DNA of 64,000 nucleotides from Chrysomallon squamiferum (taxonomy: Eukaryota; Animalia; Mollusca), in the NCBI GenBank assembly GCA_012295275.1, contig CM022665.1:8494001-8558000 (forward strand), written 5' to 3'. The notes below the pieces were generated by a model. That model saw nothing but the letters and a program-made list of their open reading frames with translations. It ran no database searches and was not told the DNA's origin. The position numbers and the translations under genes are program-made. The first letter of the stretch is position 1. Every line of letters starts with the position of its first letter. Shown one piece after another: positions 25,801 through 39,800 of the stretch.

Positions 25801-28800
25801 ATAATATGCTGCAACCACTGAATCAACTTCAAAGCAAAAGTCTGGTGAGCAACAACAACATTGTGCATAACAAGAACTTTCAAAGGTTTGCTGTTATGAC
25901 GCGAGGTATTTCTCTAAAAGATGAATAGCAGAGAAATTTAAAAAAAAATTAAAACCAAGTTATTAATAATATCAATAAAATCAATGCGCAAACCCTGTGT
26001 ATTCCTTTGTATCGAATGTTTTGTTTTGGTTTTCTTTAAAACTTCTTTTCCTCTTGAATTTATCATTTTTCAGTTTAAACATCATTCAGACCACTATTTG
26101 AGAATTTATTAGTTTTTATACCTAATTCATTGTGAATCGTATTGTGCTTACATTTCCACCCCCCAAAAAAAATATAAAAATAAAAATGAAAATCTGTGCT
26201 AGATTTTCTGATAAAAAAATCCATTATTTTTTATTAAACTGTAATGATACTGTTTTCAAAAAATTATAGTAAAAATATATAATGATTATGCCTTTTTTGA
26301 ATACACTATACAGAATATGTTCTTTGGAGATAATACTTGTCCAGTCTACTTATAAGAGTGAAGTCTTGAGATATTAACTTTCAAAGGCACCTGTCTTACA
26401 TAAATCATCTAAGCTAATCAGATATTTTTGTTATTTAGTCAACTCCAGTATACCACTGTCTGTTTTATTTATTTCAAACAGTTGAAACAAAACAAAAACC
26501 TATTTCAGAATCAATACTAAATATTATTTTTTTAACAGTAGATCTAAGAATGAAAAAACAACAACAAAAAACCTAAAAAGCTATGATTTGAGAAAATAAA
26601 ACAAAACAATTTAACTTCACAGTTAAGCCTCCCCCTAAAAATAAAGAGAACTAAAATACAAAACGTATAATTATGATGATACCATTCTCAAGATGATGTG
26701 TGATATGAATAATCAATGTTCTGATAAACTAATATATGAATGATACATGACTGTTTTCTTATGCTTTAATAAAATTCTATCCAGTTTTATTCAGAAACAG
26801 GTTCACATTATTGTATATGTGGTTCTTAATATTATATGCGTATGTTCAATGGAAACAATGATGGAAAATGATGATATGCTTGGTTTTAAATTGGCTGATT
26901 TTATTTAGTTTTTCAATATGTACTTCAAGCTTCTTTTTATTCTTAGTTGTATTACTAAAAGGCATCAACATTTGGACTATCCAAAAAAAAAAAAAAAAAA
27001 AAAAAATAATAATAAACAAATAATAATTAAATTAAAAAAAAATAAATTAAAAAAAGAAGAAGAAAAAAAAAAAAAATCACAAGACCACAAATATCTCAGT
27101 AAGTTAGTATAATTATTAACAAGCACTGACATACGGTAAAACATCTTTTAATTTAAGCAACACAAAAGCAAAGTTAAGTGTTTGTTAATTTGTTGTTTTA
27201 TAAACATCCATTCTGATTAAAATTACACTTAGTAATATAATTTTGTGCCAGGAGTGAATACACCCATTTTGCTTTTCAGCAAATTAAATATGGCAACAAC
27301 TTGATTTAAGCCTGATGCATTTGAAACACACAGAGCACCATTTTGAAGTAGTGCTTGAGATAAATACAATAACTAGTTTCACTTACTCTGCCTACATAAA
27401 TGAAAATAATTTGATCTGGATCATTTCTGTTATCTAGTCATTAAAATGCACAGTACTGCTAGTGTGAAATGCATTTGACACCATTAAAATTAACAGACAT
27501 TTAACCAACCTAAAAATAGTCAGTCAAGCAATATCACTACCCTTGATATTAAATGCTTTTATTAAAACATCTGGATAAAAAATGCAACTAATCCAAATAA
27601 TATTTTGACTATTCTATAAAATAAAATTTGTATTTTAAAATATTGGTAAAGATGTATTCTGCCATTTTTATTTTTTTATTTTTTAAATTAGAATATTAAA
27701 GATGAGATGTTCAACGATTATTAACTCAATTTAAATCTGATTATAATCAGGATCTTTTTTATTTCTGCAATTAAAATAATGAAAATTCCCATCTAATTTA
27801 GAACCTATTTTCATTTTCATAATTTTACAGCAACTGTACCAACATGATAACAAGATATCTTATGGACTTGCAAGGTAGTATTAATAAAGAAAGTCTGATA
27901 AATGATACAATATGAAAATGAATGCTACTGGATGATCAGAATTTTCCATAAAACAAAATATGTTATTTAAAACAAAAATTTAAAAAAAGAAAAGAAAAAT
28001 AAGAACCTAGAAACAGTAAACAATGTTAATCTGCATAAGACTTATTTTAATGAGTATTTCTCAATTTACGTTTTTTACTATTTTATATTATTATTCACTT
28101 TTGGTTTTTTTCACACCCTTTGGGTTTTTTTTAACATAAAAATGGATTAATTATATCAGATAAGATGACATATATTTGTATTCAAATTCAGAGCATAAGC
28201 TGAATCTCTCAAAATGCATAATGGTTTAATCCATCTAAAGTAGTGTTGGAGCAATCAAATGCCATGCGTTTGAAACAACACCTAATTTACCTCTATTACC
28301 TTGTTCATTATTTTAGACTGTTGAAAAAGAAAATTGAAAATGAATGATGTGTTATCTTCATTTCTTTGGAGATTTACCTAAATTTTCCTCACTAGGCTAA
28401 CTGACTCTGAAGATTTATAAAAAATAAAAATAAAATAAACTATGAAAATTAAAGATTTTTGTGCTGTTGTCTTTAGTAACAATTTCAGTGGTGCCCCCCA
28501 CAAAACAAAAACAACAAAAAACTCAAACAAAACACAACAAAATAATTATCTATAAATGACTAATATTTAAAGAAACATCAATGATAACTCATTTTTGTCA
28601 TAATTTGTTTGTCTGTTATATATCTAAACAAGGAGCTTAACAGTTAATGCCATTTCCAAAAAGTACCATTATCAACAACCTTTCTAGTTAATAAAATTTT
28701 AACCTATAATACCCAAATTGTTTCTTTTTTAATAATTTGAATATCAAATGAAAAGCAACATTTTACTATAATCTGTTTCTAAAAAAGAGAAATGACATTT

Positions 28801-28890
28801 CCTGTATATTGTTAAACAGATCCTGCTTCATACCTGAATGCTGCTACATTAAACAAAAAAAAAAAAAAAAAAAATAATAATAATAATATA

Positions 28891-28921
<31 letters not shown>

Positions 28922-31900
28922 TAGAACTCTGCATTGTCCTCAAACATTTAAAAAATAAAAAATTATTTTCTTTTCTTGATTCAAACTAAAAATAACAATA
29001 AATAATTTTTTTTTTTTTTTTAAATAATTAAACAGCAATGTTTAAAACATCAGTTGTGAACATATTGAGGAAATATTGACAAATAAACAATTTTTAAGAA
29101 TGGATGAAATTATGGCAGATATATAATTAAAATTTAAATACAACGGTATCAGAGCTAATAATTTATTTTATGCACACTTATAATGAGGAAGGAAATATTA
29201 GAAATGAAAAAAAGTTCTGGAGCAATCCATAGCACTGAATATTCAGTTTCCAATTTTTTTTAAATTACTGATCATAGATACTGGCAGTTTACTGTATCTA
29301 TTTTGTTAATTAGTTTTAAGCAAAGATAATAGTTAAAAATGAGAATATCACACTAGTTTCAGATAAAAAAAATGATGAAGGAAGCAAAAGCTATTTCTCA
29401 AACTAATTATCTCAAAGTGTCCCAATAAAATTAGCTGCTTGCTGCATGTAAGTGTTTAGTGTTGTATTAAAAAAAATCTAAAATGTAATAATCTTAATTG
29501 TTGCATTTCCTTCTTTAAAAAAAAAAAAAAAAAAAAAAATTTGAATTTACATAAAGGAAAAAGATAGAATTGTTGTTTGGTAGTACGATTCAGGTAAATA
29601 AAAAACCTTTAAAATGTTTATAAAAAATTCTGTTTTGAATTTCAAAAGAAAGATTATTAGAGCATTGGGAGATTAAATAAGATTATACTGTATTTCACAA
29701 AAGCAGAAACACAACACCACAGAAAAATATAATACAAAGAATTTTGAAAGGACAATAACTGTTTCAGGCGAAAAATGTTATCTAAGATTTTAAAAACATT
29801 TTTTATTTTTTTATAAACTATAAATATTGGTACATTATTTTAGATATTTTTGGACTGTAAATTTGCTGGTTTTTGTTATTTATGTTTTCTTTATGAATTT
29901 AAAAAAATAAAATAAAATAATATCTTTTATAAAAAATATCTTGCTCACAGCCTATTTAAATAGAATATTAATAAAAGGTGATGACATCAATTCCTATTAA
30001 CATAATATTATAAATTAATGATAAATGTAGAGCTTAATATTAAACAGTATAATTAAAAAGACTTATTTTAATTTCAGGAAAAAGGAACTATTTCCCTTAA
30101 TCATTTGAATGTCTATAGTACAAGTCTTAAAATGCAAAAACATTACATTCAAGTACTGTTGGGGTGATCTGTCTTTAAACCAAGATTTTTTTTTTAAATT
30201 AAAAACTGTTTAATTTCAGTTGATACTAAAAATATTCACAAATGCTATATTGAGAAATACCATTTAGACCAGTACTGAGAAAGAATTAAAGCTGTTATTA
30301 ATAAGGCTACTAAACAAAACCATACCATTAAAATATCATATATGCCAAACCCCAAGTCACCTCCCTGCAAAACAAATATAAAATTCTGAAGAAAAAAAAA
30401 ACCCAAAACAACTGACAAAGCTGTGGATCAAAGGTTGGAACTGATTAGTAAACATATATACTCTTTTCTTTTGTTGTCTTTAATTCATATTCATTTTATT
30501 CATCGTTTAAAATCTATATTTATCTATTAAAAAAAAAAAAAAGCAGCTTGTAATACCATTTATTCTGCTATAGAAATTAGAAAATAAAAATGAATTATTA
30601 ATACTTTGAATATCTGATTAATAAGAAATAAATATTTTACTTTGCTATGTTTAATACTACTGTCATTTTCTCAGTAACAGTGATGTTAAAAAGTTAATTT
30701 TTCTTCAAAATTCTTTTAAAAAGTAGTTAGTAGTGGTTCAGATGCAATGTTTTGTATTTCATATTTTAAACTAAACTAAAATATAGCAGTAGCAGCTTTA
30801 GAGTTTGAAACAGGAAGAGTTCAAAAGAAAATTTAAAAGTCAGGAAATCTCTGACAAATGTATTAACCATTTTTAAAAAACAAAAATTTAAAAAAAAGAT
30901 GTAAGATAAACAAAAAATATTTAAAAATTCACATTCATATTTGTATCTATGTATCTAACTATAAATTATAATATTTTATCTACATATATGATAATGTAAA
31001 GAAAAACATTATGTTTTCTTAAAACAAAAATAAGTAATCAATATAAATGATATCTAACAACAATGACCTCTTGCATGAATCTTTTGCACTAGCAATACGA
31101 TTTTAATTTTTCCTTCATAACATTTATAGAAAAATTACAGAAAATGTATCTGAAATGATTTTGTATAAAGACATTAATTTTGGCAGTGCTAAGTGAAAAG
31201 TAAATATACTGTTTGTTAAAATTAATGATATTATAGAAACATTAGAGGCACCCCTAACATTATTTATGCAGTACTATATTTTTCAGTTTAAAGTGTACCC
31301 ATGGTGATAGAGAAATAGTCTAAATAAATTCTGTCTTCTTTAGTGTCCTTTTTGTTTTCATCTATGAAATTTTATTTAATAACCAATTATAACTACAAGA
31401 GAATATCTGGGTATCTCCATTTTTCTGTGGTCATCTCAATGGGAACTGAATTAACATAGTTTCTACTTGCATAAGAAAAAAAAATCCCAGCTATCAGTCT
31501 GTCACTTATACAAGCCAGTGTGATGATATCACAACTATAGTTGTGAAAGGACAAACTATTTGTTTTAGAACAATGCTGTTTATGGTCATGCTTTATTATT
31601 ACTGGTAAAAGGCCATACAAAATAATAACTTTGCAGTATAAAAAACTTTTCAGACAATTTCTTTGTATCAAACATGTACACTATATTTATAAAAAGCTTC
31701 TGTATTTACTATATAACAGTTTCTCAAGTTTTACTGTAATGGAGTTCTGTATCAAATGGAAAATAAAAGTCTTGTCTTTTTCACAGATTATTTAATGTAG
31801 GAAAAATGGATGTATTAAATTAATTTACCCTATATTATTAAGTGATTATGAATGATAGAATGATTTTTTTCTATGTGTAATTATTTGCTCTATTAATTTT

Positions 31901-34900
31901 ATAACAATGAACAGTTTCACTTCTGACTTAAATGTACAGTAGCATATTTTGACTCAAGTTCAGCAGTATTACTTCCCTATTTTGAACATCTACTGTTATA
32001 AAGAAGTATTCAAATATCCAATTTCAATATCAGATCTATCTGGATTTTTAAAGCTTGATATATAAATTACATCTTTATAATATTTTGAAAAATGATAGCA
32101 AGTTCACCAAAACCTGTCTGTTATTGCAAAATATAACTTCATTCCTAATATTCATGGTATTGACAATAGGTATGTGGAAAGCAGTGGAATTTTGAGAATT
32201 AATGTAAATTACAAATGAGTCACTGGGGGTTCTTTGGGTGGTTTACTCCACCACTGGCTGGAAGAAACAAAATTGTATTTACCTCTATAATTTCCTTTGC
32301 CTTTTCACATTCTTGCTCAGTCCCAGACTTTACAATGCTTCTCCCCTTGAAATGAAATAAATTTAAAAAAATAGAATAAAATGCAATGTCTGTATATATG
32401 GAATCAAAATATATTTCCAAAGATGTTCACATGGCCTTGTTTTATTTTTGTTTTAATTTTGTTTTAACAAACATATAATTTTGACATAAGAAAAATATAC
32501 GAAGAATTCAAATTTCAGTTTACTGTCAATTAATATACCTCTCTGTCGACAATGGTAGCATAATCAATGGCTTCTCTTTGACTGCAGTCCACAGCTCTCT
32601 GTAATGTAGTGATCACCTGGCGGTAAAGAACAGTCACTGATTAATACATTTCAATAGAAATTTGTAATATTAATTAATGAACTTATTGCAAACTTTGGGT
32701 TAATTCTTATTTTATTTTAATGTTAAATCAACAGTATTCATACATTTAAAAAAAAAAATTAAATAATTTATTTCTAATTAAACTTGCACTAGTCATTAAA
32801 AGAATGTTATATTTCCTCCTCCTTGAAATGCAAAATATGGTAAATATCACTTTACAGAATTACACAACATTGCTGAATATACTTGATCTGCATTGATCAA
32901 GTTTCAGTAACTAATTACCTGATCGTAATTATGAACCTCATCATTAAACAGCATGCAGTGATATATATCTGGTATAGTTTCTTCTGCTTCAAGTCCTTCA
33001 GGTAACTGGACACAGTGCTCCCACATGAGAAGATCAATGGCATACTGCAAGGTTGCTATAAACAAAGCACTGGCTCGATTTGCTAAGTCTACTGGTAGCA
33101 GTTCTACAGGATTCTAGAAAAATGAGTAAAAATAATAATTTTCACATGTATTCTATAAACTGGAAGTAGAATTTTACACAATAAAAATATACAATTGGAT
33201 AAAATACAATAGCTTGTAAAATCCAGGCTCACATTTACAATGTTACGGTGGATAGTAATTTGGTCTAACTTTTACTTATATTAATCATTATTCAGTGAGT
33301 ACTCATGAAAGCAGATACCAAACTTACAACTTCACTACTTTCTGCTGTAGAAGAACTGTGCAATGAACAGAAGGGTTCTGTTTTCCATGCCTCTGTGTCA
33401 CCACAATCACAATAGCCATTTCCTCCAGAGGTATTCATCTGGAATAGATTGTCAAATTATCTAAGTGTCAACAATTTTATTACAGAAATATATAAAATTT
33501 ATAGTCTGTTTTAATGTTTTGTTGCAATCTCCAGTAATGATAAAATATTTGCATGAAGTGAAATGTTATCAATATATTTATCGATATTGTATGGTTTATG
33601 TAATTTCAGTGAATGTCAAACTAAGTTTTGCTGTAACTTTTAACATAAAATAAAAAATAGTAATAAATAATACAATACAAACCCTATATCGGTGCTGTTT
33701 GTGCGAACTTTTCTGAAAACAGTCTATACAGAAGACGCAAGTTGGATCATTAGCACAATCCCTGTTGAAAAAACAACAACATATAAATAAATCTAACAAT
33801 AAATTTATTAATCGCTGCAGAATTAACAAGTTTTATTTCACAACACATTTCTAGTCTCCACTGTCAACAAATTGCATAAAGAGACAAGTTGTTTTTATCC
33901 TTATTTTATTTTTAATAATTCAGAAAAAAATAGAAATTAATTTGTCACATTATGAAATTTAGTTGGGGTTTTTTGTGTTTTTTTTGTTGTTGTTTTTAAC
34001 AGATACACACATTCATATTCAAAATAATTTTTTATAAGTAATATACCTGCAGCTGTATGTGGGTTCTCCTGGTTTAAAAACATGCCCACATATCTGTGAT
34101 GGTTTATCTGAATTTTTTAGTTGAGAGAAAACTTCTGCTGGGTCACCACCACATATAAATTCTGTCATTGGCTGAAATAAGTACTTTTCAGCAAGATGTT
34201 CTTCTTTTGCAGAATCATGGCTATTGCCAAACACCAGTGGTACCCACACACTAAAATGTCTTTTAATACCATTTAGCAGTTCCCCTATTTCACAACAATG
34301 CTTCCAGTGCTATACAAAATAAAAATAAAACCAACAAATTAATGGCAATGAATAAAGCTTTATTTCTATGTAATTTCTGGTTATTTTTATAATTATTATT
34401 ATTCTTATTATTTTTTTTATATTAATTCATTACTAATATAGTAATAACTAAGAGGGAAAGATTAATTCATGATCCACACATGTATCACTATCGGTATCAC
34501 TCATTTTGTTACATTATGATCCCCTTGCATTGATTATGCTTAAAATACTTTATGCACACTAAATTACATTATCGTATTGCTTAAGTACTTTCTTTATCTT
34601 TTCAGCCTATCAGCATATGCAACCAATATGGTTTTCTTTCAAAACCATGTACATTGATGATTGCAGTACTGAAAAGTAAAAATTACTGGTCTTTCTGTCA
34701 TCTGACATTTTTGTTTCTAATATATATACTCTATCTGTGGTGCATCATTTTGATTCTGAATTATTAAATATTGACTATATCATTTTAAATATCTTACCAA
34801 ATTTTAAATTTTTTAACTTATTTTTTTATTTTGACGTGGCTTTGTAATTGTAGGGTTGTTAAGTTACTAAAAGTTACATAATCATGTAACAATAAATTTA

Positions 34901-35040
34901 TTCATTAAAATAATTAAATAAGGCCATGCCTTCAATACCTAATGAATAAATATATAATTTTCACAACGTACCTCAAGAACATCATCTTGGGAGAATTTAT
35001 GCACAACAGTGTATGAGTGTCCTTTGGGTAATTGCGCCAT
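4459..35040 (-). CDS. UBR2: E3 ubiquitin-protein ligase UBR1/UBR2-like (N-recognin), complete multi-exon gene, about 1770 aa
   Basis: Hand-spliced GT-AG exons in transcript order, all phases consistent (5313 nt incl. stop): 35040-34972, 34309-34047, 33761-33683, 33438-33328, 33113-32919, 32616-32539, 32345-32283, 25913-25790, 25604-25461, 25325-25289, 24983-24932, [23610-23512 or 23054-22956], 21583-21502, 21239-21161, 20711-20603, 19875-19747, 19268-19181, 18795-18709, 18411-18350, 16825-16715, 16559-16494, 16203-16127, 15712-15618, 15330-15206, 14983-14931, 14601-14499, 14365-14317, 14099-13945, 13555-13462, 13222-13131, 12618-12371, 12006-11851, 11243-11103, 10784-10620, 10234-10131, 9982-9871, 9639-9579, 9339-9252, 8851-8699, 8284-8048, 7488-7413, 7045-6912, 6638-6527, 6153-6016, 5727-5554, 5277-5176, 4600-4459. 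Motifs: UBR box ([30 protein letters not shown]...[12 protein letters not shown]), ClpS-like N-domain ([13 protein letters not shown]), AGMWRRNG, basic region ([20 protein letters not shown]), RING-H2 (CILCQE...[11 protein letters not shown]...YLCPLC), C-terminal [15 protein letters not shown] and [18 protein letters not shown]. Likely the single invertebrate co-ortholog of UBR1 and UBR2. Confidence 0.97.
7717..7960 (-). mobile_element. Decayed SINE-like element in a UBR intron
   Basis: Contains ttagcagcaagggatcttttatat...catcccatagacag and an aaggaaagaaatgttttatttaac tail, which I recall from an abundant gastropod SINE (Meta-domain-like core). Family assignment is from memory only. Confidence 0.65.
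17211..17780. repeat. Perfect tandem duplication, 2 x 285 bp, in UBR intron 19
   Basis: 17211-17495 and 17496-17780 are identical by eye; 3-nt tga microhomology at the junction. Confidence 0.95.
22956..23054 (-). CDS. UBR2: UBR exon 12B (mutually exclusive candidate), [33 protein letters not shown]
   Basis: 99 nt, phase 0-0, acceptor ttattttttag, donor gtaggt; 21/33 aa identical to exon 12A with no stops or indels. Confidence 0.92.
23512..23610 (-). CDS. UBR2: UBR exon 12A (mutually exclusive candidate), [33 protein letters not shown]
   Basis: 99 nt, phase 0-0, acceptor ctcttcacag, donor gtaggt; joins in frame between ...AGMFTK and ARWLIIE... Confidence 0.92.
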
Positions 35041-36828
35041 CACAGATGCTGTCAGTCCATCTGTTTTTCATTCATGGCGAATATAACGAATCTTTTTCAA
35101 ATGCAATAGGATGAATTAAACAGTAAAGTTCTTATTGCCAAAGACACACTGTATTACTGCATTACACATAGATAATTACTGTTTTATGATAGAAATAAAT
35201 CTGTTACTTTTGTAAATAAAAGTTTTCTGTTGATTTTAGTACGAAACTACGGCTTTTGAAGTGAAGGGTTACACAAAAACATATTGTATATTTTTCGAAA
35301 GAGGATTCATAAATTAAATGCATTTTTGAATTATGTATTTTCCTGTCATGTTATATAAAAGAGTTTTAGATGATCTGTTTTAATTTATTTGCATATGAAG
35401 AAAATATTTAAAGACACATGTAAACCGCAATTTAAGGCTAATACATTTAAAGTGAAACTAAGCTAGACCAATCCCCTTTCGCATTGAAAATTATATATTT
35501 ATTCAATGCTTCAAAGCGTAACACATGTTTGTGACACATTTAATACAAATTCAGAGGTTTTACTTTATTTGCGGTAGATTATGCAAACAGTTGTAGGTTA
35601 AAATAAATGTATTTCTTTTAGTTCTACACATCTAACAACAAGTGATGTATATAAACTAAACACATTTTTTACCAGTACCAACAGAACATAACAATATTAA
35701 GTATTTAAACTAATTCAAACAGCCAACATAAATTTACTTCAATTTTTTTTATTTTCTTTTATTAATTAATTTTTGTAAAGTTATTTTTAAAATTTATTAG
35801 TTTATATAAGCTTTTATTTGCGCTTTTTGTAGATATTCAGTAATTAATAATTTGATTATTGTTGGTATGTGATTAAATTTATCATTAGAAAGAAAATATC
35901 TAAAACTGCACTAAATTGGGATATTATACAACCTAATACTTAATTACACAGTAAAATAAACAAATCATCAAACTTTCCAGACATCTGCAACAACAACATG
36001 TCATTTGCTGAGAATACCACACATATGGCCATAGCCAGATTAACTACCTGCTACCTCATATTTTTTTTAATGAAATTTGGCAGACTTTGAGAGAAAGGCA
36101 CATTTGTATATATGATTTAAAGTCCTGAATAGGCTTACCTTAGTCACATGATGATTATTTTGAAACAGTAAACTTGTCTGTGGATTGTCTGAATCTTTTC
36201 AAAGATCACAAATTGAATGTGAAGATGAATATGTATAGCAGATCATGATATTTGTTATTCTGGAAGATATGTAAAAATAATGTCAAAACAGAAACTCAAA
36301 TGAGTGAATTCCCGTTTGAGGGACGTAATTAAGCACCACAAAAACCAGGTGACCTTTCAATGTGGTGCAGAGATGGCATTTGTCACATACCTAATCATGG
36401 AAATAATAACATTTTGATAATCATAAATTCACATAATCATTTAAAATAAAATGTCTCAATACTGACACACTTAACAAAAATGTTTATGATGTATTTGTTG
36501 CATGAATTTTCCACCAGTTAATGAATTCATATCGTCTAAAGGATCTAAATGACTGCTTGTAACAGTGACTGCCATTCATAAAATTCAGGAAAGCAGGGAA
36601 ATATTTCCAAATATTGTAGCCATTTTTCCTGACATTAAAAAAAATTGTGTGTGTGCAATACAACATAATTTAAATATTTTTTAAATTTTTACTATCATCA
36701 GTATTCTTTGTGAAATTAAAGTGTGTACCATAGCTTAAATTCTGTATTCAAGTTTAACATTTCAAATTTTCAGCAGTTCACCAAGAACATTAACTACTTA
36801 TTGTAGACGGTTTTCATACAGAAGCAAA
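35041..36828. promoter_or_regulatory. Divergent intergenic/5' region shared by UBR and NUDT14
   Basis: Start codons point away from each other 1.8 kb apart; transcription starts cannot be located from sequence alone. Confidence 0.55.
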
Positions 36829-39800
36829 ATGGAAAAAATAGAAGATGTGACAATTGGTCCCTGTCCAAATTCTAAATATCTCAGTCCAAGGAGAATGCAT
36901 TATAAACAGGTATTCTTCAAAACATTAATTCACAAGCAGAATTACCCATTGTCATATTTGGTGACATTAAAATATACCATTAGAAATATATCGCTTAAAT
37001 TTTCTCACAGAAGGAGAAACAATATTTTATTTCAAAATAATGTTTTATTATAATTTATAGTATTTTATATTATTAATTATGAACCTGTATTTGTAAATTC
37101 TTTAATTTCTTTAAAATACTGTATAATATGATTATAATGCATAATGAAATGTAGATATCATTTCAAATTTAAGGAGACAGGTCATTTTTGTTTTGTGTTG
37201 CAAAAATGAAATTTGATAGAAATAATCCCCTTTTGTTACCATAAAAAACTAATACTAGTTTATTTTTTATGAAAAATAATTTATTTTTTGCTTTTTTTAA
37301 TATTATAGTCCATTATATGAACTCTTGGGGTTCATCATAAATATGTGTTTCTACAAAATAACAGAAAGTAATTAGTCTTTTTTTACATATTTCCAAAGAA
37401 ATAATTTTAAAAAATAATATGTTTTTCATTCATCTTTTGAAACAGCAGAAAAACTACATAAACATTGTATGAAAAGAACAGTTATTTTGTCCAAGATGTT
37501 CTTTCTGTCATTTTGTAGTCTTTGTTTCTAAATACATATATTCCAAATTTGGAATCTCTAGCACAAATAGTTTTCATGCACCATCTTCCTGAAAATGTTA
37601 GATTGGTACAACAAATGATGTGGTAAAAAAAACACGAATGAAAATTTATAAACTTTATTTCCATTTATTCATAATAAGCGGAAATATGGTTTATAAAATA
37701 TCATTTATTTTATGTGGCTATAGGGGTGATTTATGCATTATTATTATGTTATCTGTGTATTTGCACTTCCTTCTGCAAAAAACCTGAAACATTTATCTGA
37801 AATTTTTGTTTTAAATATATTCATTTTCTAACTACTATCATGTCAAAAACTAAAAAAAACTATTTTGTTTATTCCAGTTTTGTAATTTTTCACCTAGTGT
37901 GTCCCCTTAACATTTTACAGAATTTAATAGTGACATCTGCACAATATCTGAGAGATATGTTGAAATACAGATATAAGAAAAGAAATTGTCTGGAACTATT
38001 TGGAAAATGAAAAACAATATTTATTTAAAATTTACATGAATGATATTTTCCTTGTTTCCAATAAATAATGCAATTTGTGATTAATAATTTTAATAAAGTA
38101 ATATATATTTCACTAAATGTTAACATTTACAGAATGGACAGAATAAAGTATGGGATTTGCTAAAAGTTCATGATAGGTAAGTTTCATCATGACTTAAAGA
38201 TTAACATAGTTTTTCAAAGGAAATTATTGTGAGAAAAGCTTATTAAAATACAAAATCCTACCTGAATATAATAGAAAAACTTTTTTTAATTAGAATATTT
38301 TGTTTGCAATGGTTTATAAAAAAATTATTTCTGTCTTAAATGTAGTGTCAATTTTTGGATGTGTATTTTGAACTTTCAGCTGAATGTTTACTTGAGTTAA
38401 ATAATTATTATAAAGATCTGTGATGTTCCTTTTTTATTTTGAAAATTACTGAGGATTAAGAAATTGAAATATAATATATTTTACTTAAACATAATTAATA
38501 CAACAAAGGGTGTCTTTTAGATTTGTTATTTTTAACATGTCCTTTTTTCACAGACGGTTATTACGCGACTAAATATATTTTTTATACTTACAGTGTGTCT
38601 ATAATAATTCACAATATTTCAAGAAATGTACTGATCTTTGTCAAACAGTTTAGGCCAGGTAATATATGTTTCCTTATTTTATTTAAAATATACTTCCATT
38701 GTTTGAATGTCCTGGAAATACTCCACTAAAACAAGTATTCTGTATTAAAAGTGTTTTTAATCCAGAAGTACTTATTGTATAAAATCCTTTATCTTTTAGT
38801 TATATACTTAGCTAGTGCCAAAACATTCCTTGAAGATGGTGTTGAGAAAATCAACACGACCAAATATCCATCATCTTTGGGAATCACTATTGAGCTGTGT
38901 GCAGGAATTGTTGACAAGAACCAGACTCATCAAATGATTGCTCAAGAAGAAATTCTGGAGGAATGTGGCTACAAAGTTCCACTGGAAAAAATAGAGAAAG
39001 TCACATCCTACAGGTAAATTTTCAGTGTCGTTTGCCTCTCATATACAATATTTGGTTTAGCTGACGTATTCCTGCTTGCTTCTTTCTTTGTCAGGAAGAT
39101 ATGTTACACAAGCTGTATTTGCATTTGTGAACAGTTTTGATTTTCCTTGTTGTTTTTTCACATTACTGTTATTATGTACCATATTTATATACCACTTTCC
39201 CTACTAAGTGTATACAGAGGTGCATTACAGTGTAAAATAATAATATGAGAAAATATAAACATGTTAAAATAAATGTAAACATAATTGTGAACATGTTGAA
39301 ATGGGGGTAGAAATTATTAATAGCATTTAAAAATTGTTTAAAATAATTAACAGACTAGCTTAACATTTTAAAATTGGAGAAATAAAAAGTAACTATAATT
39401 ATATCCAAAAAATGGATTTGAAAGAAATGGGTTGACAGCACTTTAATTAGCCCCTAGGGTTTTTCACTTGCGTTACTTAAACTTTTTCAGATTATAAAAA
39501 AGAAAATATATTTATCAATATCCTAACAAGATGTTGTGTGTTAAAAATGTTTATTGCCCACACAGAATATTGAAGTTAGTACATAGTAACAGACTTTCTG
39601 CTTTGGATGTCAATAAAAAATATATTTTTTTTTTTTGGCATAGTAACCTGGGATAGAAGTTTGACTTGGCCATCAGTATTTTTAGTTACCAGGTTGGATA
39701 AAACAACTTATAAGATCAAAGCTTTTACACATATGCACAGAGAGATGTAAATTCATTTACCCACACTAACTGTATACTTTATGTGTTTTCTTCTTTGTTG

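Noticed and set aside
27246-27260. 11-mer tgccaggagtg shared with 23084-23094
   Set aside because: A single short direct match with no extension; compatible with chance.
36332-36368. gcaccaca/tgtggtgc 8-bp inverted repeat upstream of NUDT14
   Set aside because: Too short, with no other ncRNA hallmarks.
36910-38132. NUDT14 intron 1 as a U12-type intron (donor gtattctt)
   Set aside because: Mismatch to GTATCCTT and no TCCTTAAC branch site near the acceptor.
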